DNA of 64,000 nucleotides from Eledone cirrhosa (lineage: Eukaryota), in NCBI GenBank assembly GCA_964016885.1, contig OZ024740.1, forward strand, positions 243,784,001 to 243,848,000, read 5' to 3'. Positions 43,553-58,044 of this stretch are shown here, piece by piece. The notes below the pieces were generated by a model that was not told the DNA's origin, ran no database searches, and was given only the letters and a program-made list of their open reading frames with translations. Made by a program: the position numbers and the translations under genes. Position 1 is the first letter of the stretch; each line of letters starts with the position of its first letter.

Positions 43553-43947
43553 GCCATACAAATAAAGGCCCCACCACTTACTACACACACTTAAAATACA
43601 CACACTTACCCCCAGCTACGGTACCCATCCCATCTATATACATACAGAGAAAGGAACGTAGTGAAATGTATAATTTATAAATTATGTATAAATAGATGAA
43701 GTGCATTGAATATTGTTGTTTTCATTGTCTAACATGTTAACAATAGATTTAATAAAGTCGAGCGCCCACTACTAGTAGTCCCACACCCACCGCTCTACCG
43801 GATCCCTGCACGGACGACACGAGGGCCCTACAGTAGCCATGTACCAGATCATCTCTTCCCTAGATATCACCTCTTACCACAAACATCTCCTGCCTGTCTC
43901 AAGATAGAACCTCGTCAGGCCATTTAACTTGTTGTTGTGGCAGTACT

Positions 43948-44302
43948 GGTGGTGGTGTGTGTGGTGGTGGTGTGTGGTGGTGGTGTGTGGTGGTGGTGGT
44001 GTGTGGTGGTGGTGTGTGGTGGTGGTGGTGGTGTGTGGTGGTGTGTGTGGTGGTGGTGGTGTGTGGTGGTGGTGTGTGGTGGTGGTGTGTGGTGGTGGTG
44101 TGTGGTGGTGGTGTGTGGTGGTGGTGGTGGTGGTGGTGGTGTGTGGTGGTGGTGGCGTGTGGTGGTGGTGTGTGGTGGTGGTGTGTGGTGGTGGTGTGTG
44201 GTGGTGGTGTGTGGTGGTGGTGTGTGGTGGTGGTGGCGTGTGGTGGTGGTGTGTGGTGGTGGTGTGTGGTGGTGGTGTGTGGTGGTGGTGGTGGTGGGTG
44301 GG
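43948..44302. repeat. (GGT)n/GT compound microsatellite
   Basis: GTGTGGTGGTG-type units; the His/Thr/Pro ORFs are artefacts. Confidence 0.95.
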
Positions 44303-44526
44303 CACACACCGACTCAAATATCCACCAAGGTAATGTGAATGAGATTTGGAGAGATATTGAGGAGTGGTAAGTGAATGATAAAGCCATCGTTACAATGGCC
44401 ACTTACAGCTTTTGTGATGACCACTTCATACACGCAACATATGTATATACATGTATATATATATATATATATATACACATTTGTGCTTATGTGTATGTAT
44501 ATGTTCATATGTATATATACACACAC

Positions 44527-44636
<110 letters not shown>

Positions 44637-46084
44637 GTTTATATTAAACATCCCAGTGAATAATTTATTGCATACACACGTGGATGTAAGTGCGTGTTTA
44701 TGCATACACACGTCGATGTAAGTGCGTATTAATGTATGTTTTGATGCATGCATGAATATATGTCTGTATATATGTATATATGTCTGTATATATGTCTGTA
44801 TATGCGTGAGAAATATTAAGTTGAAAGTACCTGTTTTCACAAATAATTGTCTGTTGTATTTTTATCAACAGTCATCATAAATTCGAGTGCTTTCTAAAAT
44901 TAAACACACTTCTATTTTATTTATTTATGGTTTCTAATTTTGGAACAAAGCCAACAATTCTTTTTTGTGTGTTTCGGTGCGGCCGATTTTATTAACTCCA
45001 CTACTTCGATGAAACTTTATTTCATCAATCCAGAAGGATATAAAGCAAAATTGATCTCGACGAAATTTGAACTAAGAACATAAAGAGCCGGAACAAACAG
45101 TGCTAAGCATTTGTTCGACTCTCTAATGAATCTGATAATACACCGGGCCTTTTCTGTTATTACCTAACAATATAAACAGTCACCCACGTTTTTGAATCTG
45201 CGGATTATCCCACTCTTACAAAACATACACGAGCTGACGCATATCTATACATCTATTATATTTTATCTTTTACTCATAGCAGCTGACGGACTGAGGCCAT
45301 GCTGGGGCACCCTCATTGTTATTGTATTTTCTCTAACCACCCTTCCTCGGTTGGCCATTTATACATGGAAGAATTTGACGCTAACGCTTTCATTTACATT
45401 TCTTAGGTTGTTGTGGGCTCATCTGAGATCTTAGATAACAAAATATGTTGGTCTCGCGGGTTTTTGGAAGTAATAATATACACATATATGAAAAAAATAT
45501 CCCATTTATTTCAATCTATCTATATTATAAAAGAAAATCTGTTTCTCCCTCTGTCTGTCCGTCACAACATATATGTAGAAAGACGGGAAACGGGAGGAGT
45601 AAAAAGTTGTTGATGTTGTTGTATGTATGCACACACACACACATATATATATAAGGAAAAGAAATGGAAAATGCAACGAATCTTTTTAAGAATATTTATT
45701 TAATTTCTTTACCGGTTTCTCAGTTCTTATGGTTTTGAAAAGCATAAGAACTGAGAAACCGGTAAAGGAAATAAATATTCTTAAAAAGATTCCAGTTGCA
45801 TTTTCGATTTCTTTTCCTTATACTTTCACCCGTGTAGGACATCTCGTTTGATTTATTAAAAAACCCTCCGGACACTCTATCTCAAAATTATTTTTGAAAA
45901 GCATTTAGAAATGCGCAACCGGTAAAAACTTAAAACCACAACTGAATACTAACCAATACAATTACTAATACTCTTTTATTCCTAATTAAACTATTTTTCA
46001 ACTGTGAACAATTTGTCAGCATTTTCTATTCCGTTTACCAATATATAATAACTTGTGTGTTACACCTCTATTCTTTTAACATAT

Positions 46085-46606
46085 ATCTATCTATCTAAGG
46101 CGGGTAAAATTCCCGAGATCCATGGACGAGTTCTCTCCAGCGGTCTCTGTCCCTCATCATCGCTGCCATGTCCTGCATCTCCAACAGACCAGTGTCTGTC
46201 CTTAGGGCATCAACATACGTTAACCTTGAGACTGTGTCGATGAGTGTGGGGCTGAGAATGAATGAGACTAAAACAAAATATCTGGTAGAGAATGTTGAGA
46301 AGCCAGAGGGGATCACTAATGTAGGCGGGAAGCCGCTGGAATTGGTTGAGGACTTCCTGTATTTGGGAGCAAAGATTGGGAATACGGAGGATGATGTGGT
46401 TGAGAGGAAGAGCAAGGCCTGGGCGGCGTGCCACAGCTTGAGATCGGTGTGGAAGTCGGACCTTCGTAGAGACCTGAAAATCCGTCTCTTCATTGCTGTA
46501 GTGGAGTCTGTGCTGCTGTATGGGTCTGAGACTTGGACACTGACCAAGAAACTCACTCAGATGGTGGATGGGTGCTACACGAGAATGCTGAGGATGGCTC
46601 TGAACA
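46085..46606. mobile_element. RTE-group LINE with 5' inversion
   Basis: C-terminus RLTYVDALRTDTG..MRDRDRWR* on - (46095-46225) abuts an inverted RT segment GLRMNETKTK..DFLYLGA..VLLYGSETW on +. Confidence 0.85.
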
Positions 46607-46631
46607 TATATATATATATATATATATATAA

Positions 46632-48783
46632 GGAGGAGGTTATAGTTCACTTGAAGCATTGTGTAATGAGGTATAAACGTTAGAATATGTGTAATAAGGC
46701 CAAGACAATGCAGATATGGACATAGAAAAAAGAATGCAATAGTGAGAGATATTGATGAGAATTCGTCTTTCACCTTGAATTTATTTAAATGTTCTTAATT
46801 TTCGAGATAATATCTCTTCTTCGGAGGGAAGTAAAAGTCTCAGACCAGCGTCTTAAATTTCCAATGAAGCCATGCTGACCGGAAATAGTATAGAGTTCTA
46901 ACTTTAATATCAAAGAATTAAAATTAGGTGGGTAAAGAGTAGTCTCCCTTTAAGAGGGGTTTGTTTATGTTTTTGTTGTGTTTTTTTAAATTTTTATATG
47001 CGTGCCTGTATATGTGTGTGGGAGAAAGCATGAAGGTGTAGGTATGTGTGTGTGTGAGTGTGGGAAGATAGGTCTAATCGTAAAAGTGGGGGGTAGGTGT
47101 TATCTGGTGTTAGAACTGGTTTTGTGTGTGTATGTGTGAGAGAGAATAAGTGGAGGTGTGTGCGTGCGTGTGTGTGGGGTGTGTAAAGTGGGGCTAGAGG
47201 CCCTATCAGGTTATAAATTGGGTGTTGAGCTCTAGTCTATTATTGATTGGTGGATGTGTTCTATCTATAATGAGTGCTTCCTTGATTCTAAGATTACCGA
47301 GGTTTCTTTCTTTAGTTTCTATCCTAACTGTTATGTTTTTATCAGTGTTTTTGCATTTAACTAGGTGTTTCTTAAATGAGGAAGCGTTAGTATTGAGGTG
47401 TTCTTTTATTCTTATGTGGAGTGGTCTGGTGGTGCATAGAACACCCCGATGACCGCGGATCCCTATCCCTGCTGGACTTCCAACTCAGGGTAACAGAGGA
47501 AGGCAACATCCACACCTGCTTCTATAAAAAAATCCGCCAGCAGGGACCCGTTCGTACATTTCAGATCGGCCCTCCCACTCGGTGCCAAGTTCGGATACAT
47601 AAAGAACGAACTGGCACGTATCAAGAACAAATGCACCGACGCCAGAGACCGAGACACACACACCACACATTTCCTGGAAGTACTCAAACTGAACGGATAC
47701 ACGACATCCACCACAAACCGTGCCAGAAAGAACAGAGGACACCACACCCGAGGCACTAACACTTGCTTCCTGAAGCTCCCACACTTCAGTGAAGAAACAA
47801 CAACAGCCATCCGCAGAGCCATCAGACGAGAAGGTCTGGATATTCAACTGGCCCATTCGGGTCCTTCTTTGCGTGGACGGCTAGCTAAGAGACACTCCAC
47901 CAGACATGACAACTGCTGCAGACTAGCCAACTGCCCCATCAACGACACAGACCTATGCCACCAGGCTTACGTAGTTTACAGACTAGAGTGTGACAAATGC
48001 AACAACTTCTACGTAGGTAGCACCACCAGACCACTCCACATAAGAATAAAAGAACACCTCAATACTAACGCTTCCTCATTTAAGAAACACCTAGTTAAAT
48101 GCAAAAACACTGATAAAAACATAACAGTTAGGATAGAAACTAAAGAAAGAAACCTCGGTAATCTTAGAATCAAGGAAGCACTCATTATAGATAGAACACA
48201 TCCACCAATCAATAATAGACTAGAGCTCAACACCCAATTTATAACCTGATAGGGCCTCTAGCCCCACTTTACACACCCCACACACACGCACGCACACACC
48301 TCCACTTATTCTCTCTCACACATACACACACAAAACCAGTTCTAACACCAGATAACACCTACCCCCCACTTTTACGATTAGACCTATCTTCCCACACTCA
48401 CACACACACATACCTACACCTTCATGCTTTCTCCCACACACATATACAGGCACGCATATAAAAATTTAAAAAACACAACAAAAACATAAACAAACCCCTC
48501 TTAAAGGGAGACTACTCTTTACCCACCTAATTTTAATTCTTTGATATTAAAGTTAGAACTCTATACTATTTCCGGTCAGCATGGCTTCATTGGAAATTTA
48601 AGACGCTGGTCTGAGACTTTTACTTCCCTCCGAAGAAGAGATAGATATTATCTCGAAAATTAAGAACATTTAAATAAATTCAAGGTGAAAGACGAATTCT
48701 CATCAATATCTCTCACTATTGCATTCTTTTTTCTATGTCCATATCTGCATTGTCTTGGCCTTATTACACATATTCTAACGTTT
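46632..48783. mobile_element. Penelope-like element with head-to-head inverted 3' ends (copy 1)
   Basis: + strand 47436-48249 has the RT thumb and GIY-YIG (VVYRLECDKCNNFYVGSTTRPLHIRIKEH); ~46670-47432 is the reverse complement of ~48020-48783; HHR-like motifs at 46767-46837(-) and 48617-48691(+). Confidence 0.92.
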
Positions 48784-48913
48784 ATATATATATATATATG
48801 TATATATATATGTATATATATATATATGCTGTCATTGCTTAATAGGCATCGCTCAAAATGCACATAATTTTAACTTCGCTGAAAATGATTTCGCTCAAAC
48901 GACTGGACACGAT

Positions 48914-48945
<32 letters not shown>

Positions 48946-48948
48946 ACG

Positions 48949-48995
<47 letters not shown>

Positions 48996-48996
48996 T

Positions 48997-49062
<66 letters not shown>

Positions 49063-49442
49063 TGTGTGTGTGTGTGTCTGTGTGTGCAGCAGCAGCAAGG
49101 GCGAATATCATTTATCATTGCCTAGGGTCGACCCATGTCTTGTGAGTGAAATTCTGTAAACGGAAATAGTTTGGAAGGACTGAACCTATGATTTAATGAG
49201 CCAGACATGTCGCACACTGTGTTACGATGAATCTGTCTGAGAATTACGTTAAGGGTGTGGGAATGTGACACCGAATGGATTAGCAGTTCTGTCGATAGGG
49301 GTTGCAACTGTTTAATACCTTTTCGACAGCTGATGGCCAGTGTGTTGTTTGTCCCGTTCATGTTAACAGCTGTGTCGCCTATATACCAATCTTGTCTCTT
49401 ATGCTTCCGTTTCTCTCTGTTGCCATTATATATATATATACA

Positions 49443-50678
49443 CAGAGTGCGGACGGTAAAAAAACGCTTATATAATAACAGAAAAAAAACTGTATTCTTA
49501 TAAAAATAACATAAACATAAAGCTAAATTATCAATTTAATAATTCCATTCAATAAAACCACCATAAGCATCAATAACTGCCTCTACACGGGGTCGAAATC
49601 GTTTACAAGCTCGGATTAAGTGGTCCTTGTTCATATCGGACATGACTCGAACTATGGCGGCTTTCAAAGAATCTTTGGTGCTATGGAGGTGTTCATTGAC
49701 ATTTTTCTCAACGCTCCATACATAGTAGTCCAGTGGATTGTGACCTGGAGAATTAGGAAGCCAAATGTTGGGGGTGATGTGATCATGTAAATTGTCAGCC
49801 ATCCATTCTTGTGTCATTTGAGCCTTGTGTGATGGTGCAGAATCTTGTTGAAAGACATAAGCCCTTCCATTGCATACACTGTTGATTCAAGGCTTAACAA
49901 CTTTATCCAGAACCTCAATATATGCAGCAATATTCACCCTAAGACCTTGTGGAAAAAAGTGAGGAGGCATCACATGTCCTTCATTGCGAACAACACCCAA
50001 AACCACACACTTGCAGGAAATGTTGTGTGCATTACTCTTGGAACCTCAGAAGGGTCTGCACATAGCCACCTGTCATTTCTTTTGTTAGTTTTGTGGTCCT
50101 GGTCAAAGTTTTTCTCATCTGAGAAAAAACAAATCACACCATCTTCTGATGGATTTTTTAAGTTTGTTTAAAAGTCTTTTGGATCTGATTAAACGCTTTT
50201 CTTTTGTTTTTTCTGACATGAATCGACCTCTCTTCATCCCGTAAGATTTGTATCTGATGTCTTCATGCACAACATTTCTGATTGTTTTTTCTGACACACC
50301 AAATTATTTTGCAATTGATCTCGTTGATTTTCCTGGACTGTCATCAATGTTTTGCTTAACTTCCTGAATAAATTCATGTGTCCTGATAGAATCAGAGCAT
50401 TTGGAATAATTTTTACGTTTTGATACAGGTAATACGCTTCCACCTTCTTTAACTCACACCGAATCTTGTGGACAAAAGATCTTGCAACTTTCAGAAAATG
50501 AGAAATTTCTAAATCACCATGCTTAGCCTTCAAACCCACAACCACAACATGCCTTTTCATTTCATTAGTAAGCATAGTCATTTTCATTGTTATTTTCTGA
50601 AATGGAAGTTCAATAAAAATTAGTCAAATAAAATAATGACTAAAAATACATGTGTCCTCAAATACCGTCCGCACCCTG
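49443..50678 (-). mobile_element. Tc1/mariner-superfamily DD37D (maT) transposon, frameshifted transposase
   Basis: 16-bp TIRs CAG(A/G)GTGCGGACGGTA; TA on the right flank; FFSDEK, FQQDSAPSH and NPLDYYVW motifs, with 37 residues counted between the 2nd and 3rd Asp. Confidence 0.9.
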
Positions 50679-52018
50679 TACATAATGGCAGCCGTCGAGG
50701 TCCTGACACTTTTCCTATATATATTTTTTCACATAGTGAGAGAGTGAGAGAGAAAGCGAGAGGGAGGGACAGAGATCGAGTCATAGAGAGAAAGAGAGAT
50801 TTAGTGTAGAATTTACATTTGTCAAGGGTTATGGAAGTTTAGATTGATATCAGTATCTACTTGGGAAACTGGGATAAAATATATATATATAAATACTGTA
50901 GACCTATTAATTATTCGCTTTAGTTATCCCAAGGTGGCGAATTGCTTTTCATCCTTTCCTTCGGGATTGATAAGATAAAGCAACAGTTCATGGCAATGGA
51001 TTGGTGAGATAGCCTGAGTGTCAGAGATGCTTTGAACTATTTCCCCCCCCCCTCTTCTTTGTTCCGAGTTCTTGGCGCCCAGTTTAACACCATCATCTGG
51101 TCCTTGGGTGCCCTTAGTGACGTCCAGTCTGTTGCTGGAATTTAAGCTAGGCCACCAATTTCGAGTCTCGGTGGATCTGAAAAAAAAAAAGAAAGTAAGT
51201 CATAGGCGTTGACTTTTCCTCCCATTTTATCTCAGTAAAATAATTTCTATCATTGGCACAATACCATACCATTGTTTTTATGAAGTGTAGAGTTGGGGGG
51301 GGGGGGTATATTCGACTAAAAATACTTCAATACTCAAACTGGATTTATCGACACCACCCCACAAGGTGGTCAATTTAACAGAGCTCTCTTATTTTAAACC
51401 CTGCAGAGGTTCACTTTGCCTCTCATCATTTCGAGGTCAATAAAAAAAAAGGTATTAGTCCAGTGCCAGTGTAGCCCTTTCAACTGTTCCATCCTGGATG
51501 TTCCACTGTATCAAAGGGGTTGGTGTGTCGAGAAACTACCTATGCCTCCTCGCGACTGCGTACAAACCAAAATCTCTTATATTTATTTATTTATCAAACT
51601 CAGTGTTGACCTTTTGAAAAAATTGAATTCTATCATTAACACAAACTTCATATATTCTGAAGAAGACTGAGATAAGTTTTAATATTTTAATGATAATTCG
51701 ATATTTCACTGATAAATCAATATCTAACGGGAAGAATAATATTTTACTGATTAGATCGGTATTTTATGGCTAAACTTATATTCTACTGGAAAATCTATAC
51801 TTTACTGATAATTCATCTTTCCATTTCTCTCCCTCTTTCTTTCTTTCTTTCTTTCTTTCTTTTGTTCTCTCTCTCTTTCCTCGTCTTGTGTCAGACGCTG
51901 TGACCCCGGGTGGGCCAGCAATACCGTTGGTAGGAGTGGAAACTGCCAAAGTCCACTTCAACGGCCGATGACCCTGGACTTACGTGTCCTTCGTTTGTAT
52001 TTTTATTTTTAAAAAATC

Positions 52019-52187
<169 letters not shown>

Positions 52188-52486
52188 TATAAAGTAAAGC
52201 ATGTCCATAGAATCATTTGATAATATATATACATGATTTCTTCTCCAAATTAGCATAATTAACCACACAAAAAATCAATTAGACCAGGCTCTAAGATTAA
52301 AAGGCACCTATGAAGAAACAGTAAATAAATAAACGATAGCAGCGTCTTCCGGCCAACCTATGTAGAATATTTACCCAACATTTCAACAGCACGTGGAAGT
52401 TAATTAAATATACGGTCAACCATACACAATTAGGTATAAAATTTAAGTTAGAAATGCTTATATACATACCAGGATTAAATCTCTAA

Positions 52487-52565
52487 ATCCTGACCCATGG
52501 GTTTCGTTCTAATTTCGAGATATCCTATTAAGTATAAATCTCGAGTTTCGAACTCTTCAGGGGAC
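52487..52565 (-). ncRNA. Type I hammerhead ribozyme (family J)
   Basis: GUCCC-CUGAAGA-GUUC..UCGAGAU..AUCUCGA..GAAC-GAAA-CCCAUGGG-UC-AGGAU; GUC triplet; one stem I mismatch. Confidence 0.8.
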
Positions 52566-52693
52566 AAACTCGCTAGGACAGATTATTTTCTGAAGTGGCC
52601 TCTGCCAAACACGAATTCAAAATGGGTAATAGGGTGAAAGCAGAAATTATTTGCTTAAACTCTAATCTGTACTAATATATATATATTTATATA

Positions 52694-52767
<74 letters not shown>

Positions 52768-52876
52768 TAAAAAAATAATGAATAAAACAATGAAACAGTT
52801 CCTTATATTAAACAAAAAAAGTTCATTATTTAACGATCGTTTCTAGGACATATATGTGTTAGAATTGGCATGCATA

Positions 52877-52924
<48 letters not shown>

Positions 52925-52929
<5 letters not shown>

Positions 52930-53085
52930 ACAGATTAGAGTTTAAGCAAATAATTTGTACTTTCACCCTATTACGCGATTTTCTGAAAACTCAGAAGATC
53001 ACGTTATAGGCTGAAAGTAGAAATTCTTTGCTTAAACTCTAATTTGTACTAATAATAAATATTTGCTCTACGGGTTTATATATAC
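52925..53085. ncRNA. Head-to-head pair of decayed CAGAAGA-family hammerhead motifs (B3/B4)
   Basis: B3(-) 52939-52991 and B4(+) 52992-53038; a further 3' half at 52628-52665. Confidence 0.55.
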
Positions 53086-53086
53086 T

Positions 53087-53179
<93 letters not shown>

Positions 53180-53234
53180 AAGTGTAATGAAGGAGTAACC
53201 AATCGCCCTTTTTATCTTATTTCACTATATATAT

Positions 53235-55362
53235 ATGGAGGCGGTTATAGTTCACTTGAAGCATTGTGTAATGAGGTATAAACGTTTGTATATGTATAAT
53301 AAAGCCAAAACAATGCAGGTATGGGCATAGAATAAAGAATGCAAATGCAAAAGATATTGTTGACAATTAGTCTTTTACCTTAGATTTATTTAAATGTCCT
53401 TAATTTTCGAGATAATATCTCTTCTTCAGAGGGAAGTAAAGTTGTCAAACCAGTGTTCTAAATAGCTTGCCAAGTCATGCTGACAGGAAATGGTATAGAA
53501 TATCTGTTCTATCTCTAATGTCAAAGAGTTAAGATTATGTGGATAAAGAGTAGTCTCCCTTTAAAAGAGGGTGTTTTTTTTTTTTTTTTTTATACATGCT
53601 TGTTTAAGTGTGTGGGAGAATGCATGAAGGTGTAAGTGATATGTCTATACGTAAATGTGGGGGATAGGTGTTGTCTCGTGTTAGAACTGGTTTTGTGTGT
53701 GTATGTGTGAGAGAGAATAAGTGGAGGTGTAAGCGTGTGTGTGTGTGTGTGTGTGCGTGCGTGTGTGTGTGGGTGTGTGTGGGGTGTGTGTAAATATGGG
53801 GCTAGAAGCTCTATCAAGTTATAAATTGGGTGTTGAGTTCTAGTCTATTATTGATTGGTGGTTGTGTTTTGTCTATAATTAGTGCTTCCTTAATTCTAAG
53901 ATTGCCGAGGTTTCTTTCCTTAGTTTCTATCCTAACTGTTATGGTTTTGTCGGTGTTTTTGCATTTAACTAGGTGTTTCTTAAATGAGGAAGCGTTAGTA
54001 TTGAGGTGTTCTTTTATTCTTATGTGGAGTGGTCTGGTGGTGCTACCTACGTAGAAGTTGTTGCATTTGTCGCACTCTAGTCTGTATACGACGTAAGCCT
54101 GGTGGCATAGGTCTGTGTCGTTGATGGGGCAGTTGGCTAGTCTGCAGCAGTTGTCATGTCTGGTGGAGTGTCTTTTGGTTAGCTGTCCGCGTAGAGAAGG
54201 ACCTTAGTGGGCCAGTTGGATATCTAGTCCCTCTCGTCTGATAGCTCTGCGGATGGCTGTTGTTGTTTCTTCACTGAAGTGTGGGAGCTTCAGGAAGCAA
54301 GTGTTAGTGTCTCGGGTGTGGTGTCCTCTGTTCTTTCTGGCACGGTTTGTGGTGGATGTCGTGTATCCCTTCAGTTTGAGTACTTCCAGGAAATGTGTGG
54401 TGTGTGTGTCTCGGTCTCTAGCGTCGGTGCATTTATTCCGGATACGTGCCAGTTCGTTCCTTATGTATCCGAACTTGGCACCGAGAGGGAGGGCCGATCT
54501 GAAATGTACGAACAGGTCCCTGCTGGCGGCTTTTTTATAGAAGCAGGTGTGGATGTTGTCTACCTCTGTTACCCTGAGTTGGAAGTCCAGTAGGGATAGG
54601 GATCCGCGGTCATCGGGGTGTTCCATGCTGAACTTTATACTGGCGTCCATGCTGGAGAATGTTGTGTATATTTTATCTGCCTCCTCACGGGATGATGTAA
54701 GGATGAGTATGTCATCTACATATCGGGTGAAGAAGGTATGGGAATGGCAGGTGTTGAGGGCTCGGCATTCTAGCTGGTTCATGTAGGTGATGGCCAGCAG
54801 GCCCGACAGGCTGGATCCCATGGGTAATCCTGTTGTCTGTCTGTATGTGTGGTGGTGGAAGGTGAAGTACGTGTTGTCTACTGTGAAGGACAAAAGCTGG
54901 TGTATGTCCGTCGGGTGGAGGCCGTAGCAGTGAATGTCCTCTGCGACCACGCAGTCCGTCAATAAATCGACAGCTGGATGAGCGGGGACTGTAGTGTAGA
55001 GGGAGGCAACGTCGAGGCTAAAAGCGTATCTGTTTAGTTTAAGTTGTTCTGGCTGGAGTTGGTGTAGTCTACGTGTAACTTCGTTGGAGCTACTGACATG
55101 CCCGGGAAAGGTGGAGAGTAGAGGCTTGAGGACCTGGGAGAGGAGCCAGGAAATTTTGTATAGGGGTCCTTCTATGCTAGAGACGATGGGTCGTATTTGC
55201 GTCTTAGTACTATTCTTGTGGGTCTTGATGAGGTGGTAGAATTAAGGAAGCACTAATTATATACAAAACACAACCACCAATCAATAATAGACTAGAACTC
55301 AACACCCAATTTATAACTTGATAGAGCTTCTAGCCCCATATTTACACACACCCCACACACAC

Positions 55363-55447
<85 letters not shown>

Positions 55448-55932
55448 TACACCTCCACTTATTCCCTCTCACACATACACACACAAAACCAGTTCTAACA
55501 CGAGACAACACCTATCCCCCACATTTACGTATAGACATATCTTCTCACACTCATACACACACACTCACATACTTACACCTTCATGCATTCTCCCACACAC
55601 TTAAACAGGCATGTATAAAAAAAAACAAACAAAAAATAAAAACAAACCCCTTTTAAAGGGAGACTACTCTTTATCCACATAATCTTAACTCTTTGACATT
55701 AGAGATAGAACAGATATTCTATACCATTTCCTGTCAGCATGACTTGGCAAGCTATTTAGAACACTGGTTTGACAACTTTACTTCCCTCTGAAGAAGAGAT
55801 ATTAATCGAAAATTAAGGACATTTAAATAAATCTAAGGTAAAAGACTAATTGTCAACAATATCTTTTGCATTTGCATTCTTTATTCTATGTCCATACCTG
55901 CATTGTTTTGGCTTTATTATACATATACAAAC

Positions 55933-55969
<37 letters not shown>

Positions 55970-55974
55970 CAAAC

Positions 55975-55980
<6 letters not shown>
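53235..55980 (-). mobile_element. Penelope-like element (RT plus GIY-YIG) with inverted 3' end (copy 2, same family as 46632-48783)
   Basis: FYHLIKTHK..IRPIVS, FSLDVASLYT, GLPMGSSLSG, RYVDD; 55243-55936 is an inverted copy of ~53272-53893; HHR-like motifs at 53372-53441(-) and 55776-55843(+). Confidence 0.93.
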
Positions 55981-56043
<63 letters not shown>

Positions 56044-56585
56044 ATATATACTAGCAGAAAAACCACACCCCGGATCGTTTTCTGCTAGCATGTGTAGTGT
56101 GTATATTGATATTATACGCAAATATATATACATGTAGATATGATACATCAAATAAAACCGTAATTGATAATATACATAGAAATTGAGCGAAGACTACGTT
56201 ACACTGTCTTACGTAATCAGTAACGTAATCCATGATACATTAAAAAAAGACGATATTATATATAAACTTCATTAGGAGAAAATTAGTAACAGAAAATTAG
56301 TATGTTTATTTAAGCGATCGCCAACCGGAACTGTTGACATTTCAGAAATTTTAAAGAAGTGAATCTTTAAATAAACAAAATATATTTAATCATTAGCCAC
56401 GAAATTTAGTAGATAAATTATGTAATATTCATTCATTATTTATTCAAAGTACCAGTAATGCACTGGATTATTGCTGGCCTTGTGCCAAAAGTAGAAACAA
56501 TTATTTATTCAAAGTAATCCAACTTATTTTACTAATGGGATAAACAATTATAAACCGTACGCAGTCCCGCGCTCCTTACTTTATT

Positions 56586-56622
<37 letters not shown>

Positions 56623-56638
56623 ATAGATTAACGGAGCC

Positions 56639-56712
<74 letters not shown>

Positions 56713-56719
56713 GTATATA

Positions 56720-57951
<1,232 letters not shown>

Positions 57952-58012
57952 TACAGAGGGAGAGAGAGGGGGAACACATACACACACACGCACACACACT
58001 CACACACACACT

Positions 58013-58044
<32 letters not shown>

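Noticed and set aside
45514-45600. Helitron-like 5' end (and 3'-like ends at ~18645-18676 and ~56049-56090)
   Set aside because: Single termini without a matching partner; insufficient to delimit elements.
45890-45930. Decayed hammerhead shapes (also 42370-42426 - and 52826-52880 -)
   Set aside because: Stem II and the palindromic stem III are recognisable, but core nucleotides are mutated or lost; treated as fossils, not features.
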